Shown: positions 13,514 to 25,003 of the stretch, piece after piece
Numbering within the stretch: the stretch's first letter is position 1
Layout: each line of letters begins with the position of its first letter
DNA from: Octopus vulgaris
Taxonomy: Eukaryota
NCBI GenBank assembly: GCA_951406725.2
Contig: OX597818.1
Coordinates: 119,908,001 to 119,972,000 of the forward strand
DNA length: 64,000 nt
Direction of reading: 5' to 3'
The notes under the pieces: model-generated
Databases searched by the model: none
What the model saw: only the letters and a program-made list of their open reading frames with translations
Told to the model about the DNA's origin: nothing
Program-made: the position numbers and the translations under genes

Positions 13514-13800
13514 TCATCATCATCATTTAACATCCGCTTTCCATGCTAGCATGGGTTGGACGATTTGACTGCGGTTGGGCGAACGAGATGGCTGAACCAG
13601 ATTCCAATCTGATCTGGCAGAGTTTCTACAGCTGGATGCCTTCCTAGTGGGTGTTTTTTACATGCCACCGGCACAAGGACCAGTCAGGCGGTACTGGCAA
13701 TGGCCACACTCAAATGGTGCCTTTTATGTGCCATCTGCACAGGAGCCAGTCCAGCGGCACTGGCAACGAACTCGCTCGAATGTTTTTTCACGCGCCACCA
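13514..13800 (-). mobile_element. Short retroposon with RTE-like 3' end and (TGA)n tail, family D
   Basis: On the minus strand: GGAAGGCATCCAGCTGTAGAAAC...CCCATGCTAGCATGGAAAGCGGATGTTAAATGATGATG. Other copies near 14025, 15230, 15441, 18985, 28480, 31469, 45400, 46800, 53536, 61155 and 61765. Confidence 0.8.
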
Positions 13801-14957
13801 GTAGTGCCATTTCTCTTATATTCACCTTCTTGTAACGTAAAAGTACACCTCTTTTCCAGTTGGTGTAGCCATGTGTCCTCACCACAACAAGACACTTGTT
13901 TCTGTCCCTCTGTCATACTTTAACCTTTCATCACCTGGCATAAGACACCTCCCTCAATACTGCATCCCACTCTCTCTGTTGAGAGGGATGGAGCTTGTCA
14001 TACAAGTTATTTGGTAACCTCACTAGTGCTGGTGCCATTTAAAAAGAATGCAGAACATTCTGTGAAGTGGTTGGTATAAGGAAGGGCATCCAGCTGTAGA
14101 AATCATGCCATAACTGACATTCAAGCTTGGTGCAGTTAGGTTCGTCAGTTCCTGTCACAGCATTCAACCCATGTTAGCATGGAAACTGACATTCATCAGT
14201 AATGATGATGATGATGATGAGCACACCTTGTCAGACCTGAAAAGGAATGCGGGTGATTTGAAAGTCTAGAAAATCAATATTTAATATAAAAGAGATAAAT
14301 TAACCTTGAGGTATATTCATTTATGAATGACAGAGAATCTTATCAGCAAAAGCCACTAAGCAGTAACTTAAAGCTCCCAAGTTAGATGGTTGGAAGTTGT
14401 AAGAGTAAGAAGCTTTGCCAAAAATTTCATATAAAATAAATGCATGTTTGCCGGAAAAAAGATGAGAGCAAGAGATCATGGATATGCAATGTAAGAGAGG
14501 CCATCAGCAAATATGGTTTATAGAAATCATAGTCACTGAATGGCAAGTGATAAATGATTCTTATGAATGTTTCCACTACTCGTGAAATGTTGAATATGAT
14601 ACCAACATGCTAGTTAGTAGCTGGTGGAGCCAGAAATCCTCTGCATCTTTTGTTCAATCTGCAAGCCACTTTACAGGGTCTTCAGGGTGCATTTTAAGGC
14701 ATCAACACAGGATAGATTGATTACGTGATACACTTGTCACTTACAAGAGCATGAGTTGTATGTGTGGTGTATATATATATATACACTCTTTCTTCTGTTG
14801 GCCTGCTCGCTTAGCCAGCGGGGTGGCGTCATTTGAAGGCTAAAACAATACGAAGCACATTGTGACCAGCGATGTGTAGCAACATCTGATAGCCTGGTCG
14901 GTCACGTGATATATATATGCTGACAAGGCAAGATGAGTTTAACCCTAGGCACAGTGA

Positions 14958-15020
14958 GAGCTACTGATGAGTATTAAGATGCATTAAGCATCAGAATGTG
15001 AAATCATCGGTGATCTAAAA
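14958..15020 (+). ncRNA. Hammerhead ribozyme-like motif with closed stem III
   Basis: CTGATGA (14964-14970), stem II GTATT-AA-GATGC/GCATC-AG-AATGT, GAAA, stem III ATCA-TCGG-TGAT, then C17. Stem I is only 2 bp (decayed). Confidence 0.5.
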
Positions 15021-16815
15021 ATCTGCTACTGTAGGGGGCTTCATTAAGATAGTGCCTTTTGTGGCTATTGAGTTGTTTTAACTCTTATTTCTAGTAATAC
15101 TGGTGCTGATTAGTACCCTTGTTCACTTTAGTGACGTATATATTTCTGCCTTTAGGTTGTAAAATTAGCCACCCATGTTATTTATATATATAAGAGCATC
15201 CAGCTGTAAAAACCTTTAAAACTGACCTTGCCTGTGCTTGTGCCATGTAAAAAGCACTAAGTCCACTTTGCTGAGTGGTTGGTGTTAGAAAGGGCATCCA
15301 GCCATAAAAATCTTGCCAAAACATAGAAGTTTGGTGCAGGCTTCTGCCAGGCCGGCTCCTGTGAAACCATCCCACCCATGCTAGCATAGAAAACAGATGT
15401 TAAACGATGATGATGATGATATATATATATATATATATTATCATTATCATTTAACGTCCGTTTTCCATGCTAGCATGGGTTGGACGGTTCGACCAGGGTC
15501 TGGGATGCCAGGAGGCTTCACCAGGCTCCAGTCTGATCTGGCAGTGTTTCTACAGCTGGATGCCCTTCCTAACACCAACCACTCTGTGAGTGTAGTGAGT
15601 GCTTTTTATGTGCCACCAGCACAGGGGCAGGGGAGGCTGGCAACGGTCACGATCAGCTGGTGCTTTTTACGTGCCACTGGCACGGAAGCCTTATACAGGT
15701 TTTTACATAATTTTTATCAACCAACTTCTACTCACAAAGCACTGAACAATCAAGAAGTTATGGGATAAGACACTGCTGTACAGCAGAATTGAACCTGGTA
15801 ATATGTAGTTGCAAAGTGAACTTATAGGAAATAGCTCAAAGGTATGATGGTTCAAACACCATTTGATCTAGTTTCCTCATTCAGCTTACTAACCAAGAAA
15901 ATTACCACATCTGGTAGTTGTGTGCTTGCAAGTGCTGCATATTTGTGATAGAGGTGGTGGCAAAATATACAAAAATTTGCTTGCTATTTATTCTAAAAGA
16001 GCCATTTAAATCAAAGAAAGGACAATTAGAACCTTTTAACTATAAACTGACACATCTGTGAGGGAAAGTAAGAGCATACAAATTTCACATAGCAAAAAGA
16101 TTTCCTTTTCTTAATGGTTATTTTTGGAAAAGTTCCATTGCAGAATATATTGGTTTTCAGGTGTTGTAGGGCTGCAATTTATGTCTAGTTTGAACACAGC
16201 CTGTTCTGTAAAATAACACAGACATGGTTGTATTACAGCTTTATTGATATGAAAGATGTGAAGGACCAAGGAGAATTATTTCCATCACTGATTTGCTATG
16301 GATATAATGATCATGAAGTAAATATATCTATATATGTAACCAAAACTCTAAACAATCTTTTGGATATACCTAAAAGACGACAGTAAAAAGCTTTTATCGT
16401 TTATTTTGAATACCATCTTTACTGGAAACCATCTAACATATGCTCTCATGACACTGTTATAATAGTAAACATAATTTTTAAAAAAATGAATTATTAGTAA
16501 ACATTGTTCACATATAAGGACAAAAAATCTAAGCACTTTCAGATTTCACTAGTCTATAACTTTCAATTTTACTTTAAATGCTTTTAAGCTACAAAATGCT
16601 TTAAAAGTTATTTCACTGATATTTTCATATCTTTCATATTGTATTATTTTTAAGCTCTGACTTTCCTATAAAAGGAAAGAACACATGGGGCAATGTGTTC
16701 TTTATATATGCGCGCGCACACACAAACACATACACGCATATATACCAGAGTAAGCACATGAATGTGAAACAAGGCGGAAAAAAGAGTACTCAAATACCAG
16801 AGGTAGAGTAATATG

Positions 16816-16956
16816 CTTTATTTAAAAGCAGCAGAAATATAACAAAAGCTGTTACTCAGAGTTTCACGTTCCCGTGTTAACAAAACTGTCCGACGAACAG
16901 GAAAGTGAAACTCTGAGTAACAGCTTTTGTTATATTTCTGCTGCTTTTAAATAAAG
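16816..16956. repeat. 60-bp-arm inverted repeat carrying a hammerhead-like motif
   Basis: Arms 16816-16875 and 16897-16956 are near-perfect reverse complements. CTGT-CCGACGA...GAAA-CTCTGAG-TA-ACAG at 16886-16923. Confidence 0.8.
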
Positions 16957-17007
16957 TGTACATATATATATATAATACAAACATACATATACATACATAC
17001 ATACATA

Positions 17008-17863
17008 CAAGGTGCAGTGAATAAATTGTTGTGCAAATTATGCAAAAATGGAAATAACATTGACATCTCATTTTAACGGATATATTTACCAAAATTACAT
17101 AAAAATATCTTGAAATACTAAATTTATTCAATTAAATCGCCATTGGTTTCAACCACGGCCTCCAGACAACTTTGGAATCTCCTGCAACTCTTCTGGACAG
17201 TTTTCTTGTTTAAGTTGGTGAATGCTACCGTAATCCTTGCTTTCAATTCATCTTTGGTGTTACAAGGAGTTCTGTTGGTCTCTCACTCAATTGTGCCCCA
17301 CACATAATAATCATGAAAGCTGCAGTCTGAGGAGTTAGGTGGCCAGATGTTAGGGGTGGCATGGTCACAGAAATTATCCGACTGCCATGACAGCATTCTC
17401 TTACTTGTGTGGCATGATGCAGAGTCCTGTTGCCAAACATAGGGTCTTCAAGCAGCCACTCTCTAGACCCAGGGCAGCACTACTTCCTCCAGACACTTTA
17501 TGTAGGCCTCTGCATTGAGTATGAGACTGTGTGGGACAAATGGAGGCATAATGTTGCCATCACTAGTGATCACTCCAAACACCATGATGTTGACTGGATG
17601 TTTGATCTTTATCACTCTCGGTACATGTTTTGGGGGCTCAGATTGACACCCAACACTCTGAAATGTTCATATTGGAGCTTCTGGCGTGAGTGCCAAGAAG
17701 TACAGCATGCCGCTTACAAATTTCTAGCAGAGTGAATTGCATTATGGTGCTGTTTTTCTCAGAGACAGTGCCCAACTGACCCTACTATACTGTGTAGTTG
17801 ACAAAATCAAAAACAATGTGCGAAATTAAGAATATAAAATGGGAACAAGTTACCCATCGCACC

Positions 17864-17866
<3 letters not shown>
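17008..17866 (-). mobile_element. Degenerate Tc1/mariner-superfamily element (maT/DD37D-like)
   Basis: TA-flanked imperfect TIRs CAAGGTGCAGTGAATAAATTG / CAAGTTACCCATCGCACCCTG. Minus-strand motifs QQDSASCHTS and NIWPPNSSDCSFHDYYVWG. Confidence 0.8.
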
Positions 17867-17906
<40 letters not shown>

Positions 17907-17932
17907 GACATATGTGTGTGTATGTACGTGTG

Positions 17933-18407
17933 TATAAAGTATATAATTTTATCAATATAATTATATAATTATAATAAGGGCAATTACAAGGTAATGCCAC
18001 ATGCTAAAAGAAAAAAACCAAATGGCTCTAAACTACTTTATCTATCACACATGGCTGAGATGAACAAACTTGATTTTTAACTCGTATATAAGTGTGAACA
18101 TTTTTATAGTCACTGTGGATACATTGTGTTCATATGGTATGTATAAATATTTATAATTATTTACTTTTAGTTATATCATACTGATGATGGTAAAGTGTAT
18201 TACATTACAAAATCTGAAATTGATCGATATATGACTAAACTTTATCAAAAAATCGTTTTTGTTCATTCCCTTGCTTTCAGCACGTGTCTATGTGATAGAT
18301 TAAGTAGTTTAGAGCCATTTGACATCTTCTTTTAGCATATGGCATTACCTTGTAATTGCCCTTATTATAATTTTATAATCATGTTTATAAAATTATAATA
18401 CTTTGTA
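17933..18407. repeat. Long inverted repeat (about 135-150 bp arms) with a hammerhead motif in the spacer
   Basis: Arms 17933-18068 and 18258-18407 (TAAGGGCAATTACAAGGTAATGCCA / TGGCATTACCTTGTAATTGCCCTTA). Hammerhead core at 18176-18234. Confidence 0.8.
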
Positions 18408-20024
18408 TCAATTTTTACCTTAACTGGTTCTTACATGCTAGCTACTTGATAAAATCCTATATAGATTTTATCCTTAATTTTTATTGACATATATATATAT
18501 ATAAATATAATACAAATATAATACAAATAAGAAAATGGAGAAACAAATTTAGTTTGTTCATCAACTTTCGGATAATCCAACATTATAATATCCGAAAGTT
18601 GATGAACAAAATAAATTTGCTTCTCCATTTTCTTATTTGTATTATAAATTTACGGTAAAAATATTTCTTTACCATCACCCATTTAATACAATAAATGAGT
18701 TAATTGCATTGCAATTAAAAACATTTATGTATTGAGAATCTGGGTACTTTACCAACAGTATATTGGATAAATGCTATCCCATAGTGGGTTACACCCATAA
18801 CCCCTCTCTTACTTTGTACTATATATATATATATATATCCCTGATGAAGGGATATCCATAATATCCCAGAAACAGCTGTAAGACTATATCTTTTTCCTTA
18901 TAAATATCCTGAAAACTTCTCTCATTTTGTCTAATATATATATATATATGTATATAAAACATGAGCATTATCCAAAAGTGTATAATGCCAGTGCCCCCTG
19001 ACTGGCTCCAGTGCTGGTGGCACGTAAAAAGCACTATCCAAACACAACTGATGCCAGGGCTGCCTGGCCGGCTCCCGTGCCAGTGGTGCATAAAAAGCAC
19101 CTACCACACTCAAAGAGTGGTTGGTGTTAGGAAGGGCATCCAGCTGTAGAAACATTGCCAGATCAGATTGGAGACTGATGCAGCCATTGGCTTTCCAAAC
19201 CCTAGTCAAATTGTCCAACCCATGGCAACATGGAAAACGGATGTGAAATGATGATGATGATGATGATGATGAACTACTCAAAAATCTCCTGAAGGTGGTG
19301 TTTCTCTTATAATAAATATGTCATATTTTATAAATATAGTTACAACCTTGACACCACATGTAGAGTAAAATGTAGATTCCAACTAATCTATGTCAAATGA
19401 TCAACATTCAATTCCTCAAAGTAGTTCTTTCATTACACTTACAGAGCTGCTGATTAAGCAAAAAAAATATGAGTGTCTTAACTTCCAATTCTCCCTCCTC
19501 TAACAAGTTAATAATACTGACTAGTAATGGATACCAGATTATAAAATGTCAACACTTGATGATTTAGTGTACTTCTGTAAGATAATTAAAATATTGACTG
19601 TCATTCGTTGGTAATAAATACTGAAAGGCAATTACAAAAATGTAAAAGCTTCCACAACAGACAGTCAAAGAGAAGACCATAAATCTTCAAGTGCAGTTTT
19701 TTTCCAGATACACTGGCCTAATCTTTTTATGAAAACACTTGCTCAAATGCTTAGGCTGTTGGGATTAAAATCAGAACCACCCTGTGTCCGTAGGCAAGAT
19801 ACTTCAGTTTATAATGCTCCGATCCACTCAGTGAAAATTTAGTAGCATCTACTGCCGAGGTTCCATGCAGATGATGAGTTCAATATCTTGCAAATACAAG
19901 ATGTTGACAACTCTTGGAGGCCTACCATACACTGATGATGATGTCTAAATTTGAGCAAGAGATCGTTATGGGGTTAAGATACTGGATTACTTTTTGTCTA
20001 CTCCAGGCACAAGGCCCAAAATTT

Positions 20025-20260
20025 TGGCAAGCTGAAAGAAACAGTAGCACACTGGGCGAAATGCTTAGTGGTACTTTGTCTGCCGCTACGTTCTGAGTTC
20101 AAATTCTGCCGAGGTCGACTTTGCCTTTCATCCTTTCGGGGTTGATAAATTAAGTACCAGTTATGCACTGGGGTCGATGTAATCGACTTAATCCCTTTGT
20201 CTGTCTGTCTTTGTTTGCCCCCTCTATATTTAGCCCCTTGTGGGCAATAAAGAAATAAGA
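20025..20260 (+). mobile_element. tRNA-derived SINE, family B (GCCTTTCATCCTTTCGGGGTCGATAAATTAAGTACCAG core)
   Basis: Head ...GAGTTCAAATTC B-box, conserved central block resembling the MetaSINE-type domain, tail CCCCTTGTGGG.AATAAAGAAATA. Copies near 33462, 36446, 39425, 39718, 43699, 49613, 50897, 53980, 56875 and 58022. Confidence 0.85.
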
Positions 20261-20875
20261 ATATATAAGCCTTCAAATGAGCCAAATCTTTAACAGTTTT
20301 TGATGCCTGATTCTGGTCATTTCACTCAATTGACTGTGCAAAATCACCAGAAATAAGCATAATGTACAATCTAATTTCACCTATTTTTGACAACTGACTG
20401 AGACAACTACAAACACCTAGGTCAGAGGTTTGTTTCCCTCACAGGTATTTCATTGCGTCACTGGATTAGACAATTGATTGTTTGTGTTCCAGTTCGCTCA
20501 ACTGCAGAAAATGCAAACCAGGTACATTTTCTGATATTGAAGTCTGGTATTATATCTATGAATCTGGGAGTTTTATGGAAAGCTTAATATTTTTAACACT
20601 AAAGCTTAAATTCAAGATCATGCATCTAGTAGTTCAGCATGTTATCTGAACAATTTCAATAACTTACTGTAATCTAAAGAAAACAAAACAAATATTTATT
20701 CAAATAGTTCTACTGACCACATTATATTATGCAGCTACAACATAATTCCTCAAACTCAAAATTTATAAAAAGATTATTCTTGTCTAAAAAAAGAATTGGA
20801 TGAAAAACAATAATGACACTGAATCCTAATGACAGCAGGAAAACCTTTGAAATATCACGAACTTCTTTTACTGAC

Positions 20876-21017
20876 CCTGTCATAATCAGTTCCAACGTGA
20901 CTTTGAAGGAAATAGATGTAGCGAGCTGCATACTCAAATACTGTTGCTTTATCAGTTTTATCTGACAGTCCAGGCACCAGTCGTCTCATTAAATCACAGG
21001 CAATGGTGATACGGGCT
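20876..21017 (-). CDS. TCFL5/SOHLH-like bHLH factor, helix-loop-helix exon
   Basis: CCTCTTCCAG acceptor; (R)ARITIACDLMRRLVPGLSDKTDKATVFEYAARYIYFLQSHVGTDYDR; donor GTCAGT. Resembles my recollection of TCFL5 (RIRICCDELNLLVP...ETDKAT). Missed by the ORF track. Confidence 0.88.
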
Positions 21018-21299
21018 CTGGAAGAGGGGTAGAAATATTAAAAGTAATGAACAACTAACTTTCAAAACAATATGTGAAAATAAATATATAAAGTGTCATA
21101 GAAGTATAAAAAAAAATTGCATCAACATATGAGTTTGGAAAGAAAAAAGAGAATGTTATTGTTTAGATCAAGTGTTTTAAAGTTGGATGTAATTTCTAAT
21201 GTTTAGGGCATTTGATTCTAAAGCTGAAAATAGCAATCATTCTTCAGTGAGAGTGGACACTGGCTTTTTTTTTTTTTCTTTTTAATTGTTAGTACTCTC

Positions 21300-21700
21300 T
21301 TTTACTCTTTTACTTGTTTCAGTCATTTGACTGTGGCCATGCTGGAGCACCGCCTTTAGTCAAGAAAATCGACCCCAGGACTTATTCTTTGTAAAGCCTA
21401 GTACTTATTCTATCGGTCTCTTTTGCTGAACCACTAAGTTACGGGAACATAAACACACCAGCATCAGTTGTCAAGCGATGTTGGGAGGACAAACACAGAC
21501 ACACAAACATATACACACACATACATATATATACATATATACGATGGGCTTCTTTCAGTTTCTGTCTACCAAATCCACTCACAAGGCTTTGGTCAGCCCG
21601 AGGCTATAGTAAAAGACACTTGCCCAAGGTGCCATGCAGTGGGACTGAACCAGGAACCATGTGGTTGGTAAGCAAGCTACTTACCACACAGCCACTCCTG
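21300..21700 (-). mobile_element. Family A SINE
   Basis: Full-length reverse-complement copy. Confidence 0.9.
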
Positions 21701-22019
21701 TCAACTTTACACAGATAGACCTGTGACAGAGAAGTATTCAGTTGAATATTGAAGGTCACCAACATATCTAGCAAAATAAATGTGACCCAGGACTCAAAGG
21801 GCCAGTTATCAAGTTTCCATGCCAATACAAACATTCCCCTTGAACAGCATTCCCGTCTTGCAAATTTATTCGTTACAGCTGATTAGACTGGAGTAACATG
21901 AAACAAGGCACTTTGCTCAAGAACACAACACACTGCCTAATCTGGGAACCAAATCTACACTCTTGCAATGGGGAGTGTACTACCCCAACCACAAGGTCAT
22001 GAACCTTCAAATGTTACAA

Positions 22020-22291
22020 CAGAGGTTCTCAAACTCATTGGGCCACATGATACCCTCAGCGCCCCACTCCTATTTTTATATATAAATAAATATTTTATAT
22101 TTTACAAATTTATATATACTATGAATCATTTGATATTTAATATAATATTATATAATCTGTATACAAAACTATAATAATATTATAAATTCATAGCATCCCC
22201 CAATCCACTGCCTTCCTCCCAATGCTTCCTTTTTCTCTCCCCCACTCTGCTTCATCCCCTTAGACACCAGCGCCCACTTTGAGAACCTATG
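22020..22291. mobile_element. hAT-type MITE
   Basis: TIRs CAGAGGTTCTCAAA / TTTGAGAACCTATG; 8-bp TSD TGTTACAA/TGTTACAC (7 of 8 match). Confidence 0.7.
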
Positions 22292-23073
22292 TGTTACACC
22301 ATGCACAACATGGCTGAATAAAATGTGTTACTTTGGGCTTATGAAAAGTAACAAAGTATGGCAATCTGGTCATCAATCATTCAATCTGCTGTTCTGTTTT
22401 TGTAGGGTTTGTTTTTCACAAGAAAAAAACGATAGACAAAGGAGCAAAGGAGTAATCTTGGTCAGTGTATCAAAAATTTGACTCTTGAGTTTAGTCCTGA
22501 AAATTGAACAGATCACTAACAGGACAAGACAATCCCATCGTTTGTGGGGGTATTGTATATCTAAGACTACTTTATCCAATGTGTTTCTTCTTTCTCTCTC
22601 AAATGACACCTTACCATTTTTCTCCAAGATGGTACGGTGTCATTTGAGAGAGATCTGGCTACTATTTCCAGCAGAACAAGCTACCACCTACAGGCTCTTT
22701 TGTTGGCATATCATATCAGATGAGCCAAACAAAATTCAAGTCAAATTACTATCCATTGATAAACTGGCTTAAACCCAGTCAAAACAAACCCCTATCGATT
22801 TCTTTTATAAACAAGCGCTAAAGCTTGTCATGTGTAAAGAATACGTCACAGACAGTTCTGCGAAGATCAGTGGAATAAAGTACCTCACTCGTTTTCCTGT
22901 AAGGGTTGGCTCGGGGGAGAGCATATGGCCAGAGAATACCCTCGATACTCATCAAACCCATACTGGCATGGAAAAGGCAGACATAAAATACGATAATGGC
23001 GATAATGATGATGATGACGATGATTTTATAGTTTCATAAAACTAATTTTAAAAAAGAAATTTTTTTAAATAAC

Positions 23074-23282
23074 CTTCTTTTCCTTTCATTCAAATTATGC
23101 TGATGTCGTGATGGGTCATCTTCTTTGGCATTCGTTTGATCTGTTTTGTTATAAGATACCATATTATCTTCAGTATTATTTGGACTTTTAAACGAAGTCA
23201 CTGAGTTGGACAGATTTTCAGGTGGACTGTTGTTCTCTTCTCCGCTGCTGTTCAAATTCAAACTGTTTGTTGGTGTTTTCAG
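23074..23282 (-). CDS. TCFL5/SOHLH-like bHLH factor, exon ending in the basic region
   Basis: LKTPTNSLNL...EDDPSRHQHNLNERKR(R); AG acceptor at 23284-23283 and GT donor at 23073. Phases join both neighbouring exons in frame. Confidence 0.85.
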
Positions 23283-23990
23283 CTTCAATAATAAATAACT
23301 ACATTAGCTCAAATTAAAAATACTTCGGCAATATTTTTTGACGATACAAATTATAATTTATGAATAGAAAAAAAAAATCGAATGCAAATTAGTGTTTTTC
23401 TTAAATTTACTCTTTATTTCATAAATTTATGAATATATTTACAAAAGATATTGAGGACAAGAGAAAAATATGAAACAGATTTCCATCTCATTGCGATCTC
23501 TCTTTATTAAGTTTAAATATGCAAATGTATAATTACATCAAATTAATTGTTCTATAAACGATTGGGTAACTTCAGATAGGGATTGGAGCCACATAAAAAT
23601 GAGACAAAGATTATTTCTAAATTCTTATCGTTTATACTGACTGAACTTAAGTCAACTAACCTGAGTTCTGTGATAAAAATTACTTTTTTTCATAAAGTGA
23701 TCTGAATTAAAACCTTCCTTTAAAATTTCGCGTTAATTTATATCCCAAACACTACTTTAATGACAAAATTATTTCACTAAATTCTTCTCTATTTTGAAAA
23801 TTTATTGAAACAAATGCCGTGTATTTCAACAGAAATATGGTAACAAAAGGGTCGTGTCTCTATTATAATTATTTTAATATAATAACTGCACAATATCACT
23901 TAGCATTTCAAAGAATTATATACATAAGGACATTTTATGTAAGACATGATTCATACATTCTTTAAGAATAAAGGAAATTTTTTTTGATAC

Positions 23991-24243
23991 CTGTAATGGT
24001 AATCCGTTGTTTAAAACATTGTGGCAGTAAATCACATGGCTAGCTTTCGATATAGGAGTATGGACTATTTGGTTCCCAGTCTGAGAGACTTTAAGTGGTT
24101 CAAGGTGATGTGGAGATTGCGTGACTAAGATGATATTATTGTCCGATTGTTGACCATAAATTGAAGAAAATGTCTCTTGACTACTAGCGTGATGGTCAAC
24201 TGGTGCAACAATTCCTTGCATACCATTTAAAATACCAAGTGGG
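23991..24243 (-). CDS. TCFL5/SOHLH-like bHLH factor, internal exon
   Basis: TTTTTTAAGCAG acceptor; PLGILNGMQG...NNGLPLQ; donor GTATCA. 253 nt, phase-consistent. Confidence 0.8.
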
Positions 24244-24504
24244 CTGCTTAAAAAATGCAATGAAGGAACTTCAGTTGAGTTATTTTTTTAAAATTGAAGC
24301 TACAAATACTTTAAACATTTAGTTAAATAGTTCTATACAACAAACAGAATAGATGTTCGTTCAACATGCATTGAGTGGGTTCTCTATGGAGGTGCTTTCA
24401 GTTCAGAGAATGGCAAACCCGGTTAATGTTCTCAATACGACATTGAAAACTGAACTGTGAATCACCCCCAAAACGTTTTATACCTCAGCCCTCATCCATA
24501 ATTA

Positions 24505-24895
24505 CACACACACACACACACACATACATACATACATTTATATATGCACACATACATACATACATACATTTATATATGCACACATACATATATGTATACA
24601 CACATTTTTGTATAAACACATACGTGTTTGCACACAAACACACACATTTATATATGCACATATACATATATGTATACACACATTTTTGTATAAACACATA
24701 CATGTTTGCACACAAACACACACACACACATACATACATTTATATATGCACACATACATATATATATATACACACATTTTTGCATAAACACAAAACATGT
24801 TTGCACACACACATACATACATTTATATATGCACACACACACACATTTTTGCATAAACACATACATGTTTGCACGCACACACATACATACATACA
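24505..24895. repeat. Higher-order tandem repeat built from CA/TA microsatellite
   Basis: Recurrent ~70-95 bp unit containing CATTTATATATGCACA...CATTTTTG(T/C)ATAAACAC...GTTTGCAC, about 4-5 copies. Confidence 0.85.
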
Positions 24896-25003
24896 GAAGC
24901 ATTCATCTCACACAAGAGAGTAAAGTTTTAAATAATTATTAAAATTGATAAAGCAAAAATAATTATGATCACCATGAACATAGTTACATAGGTTTCATCT
25001 TAC

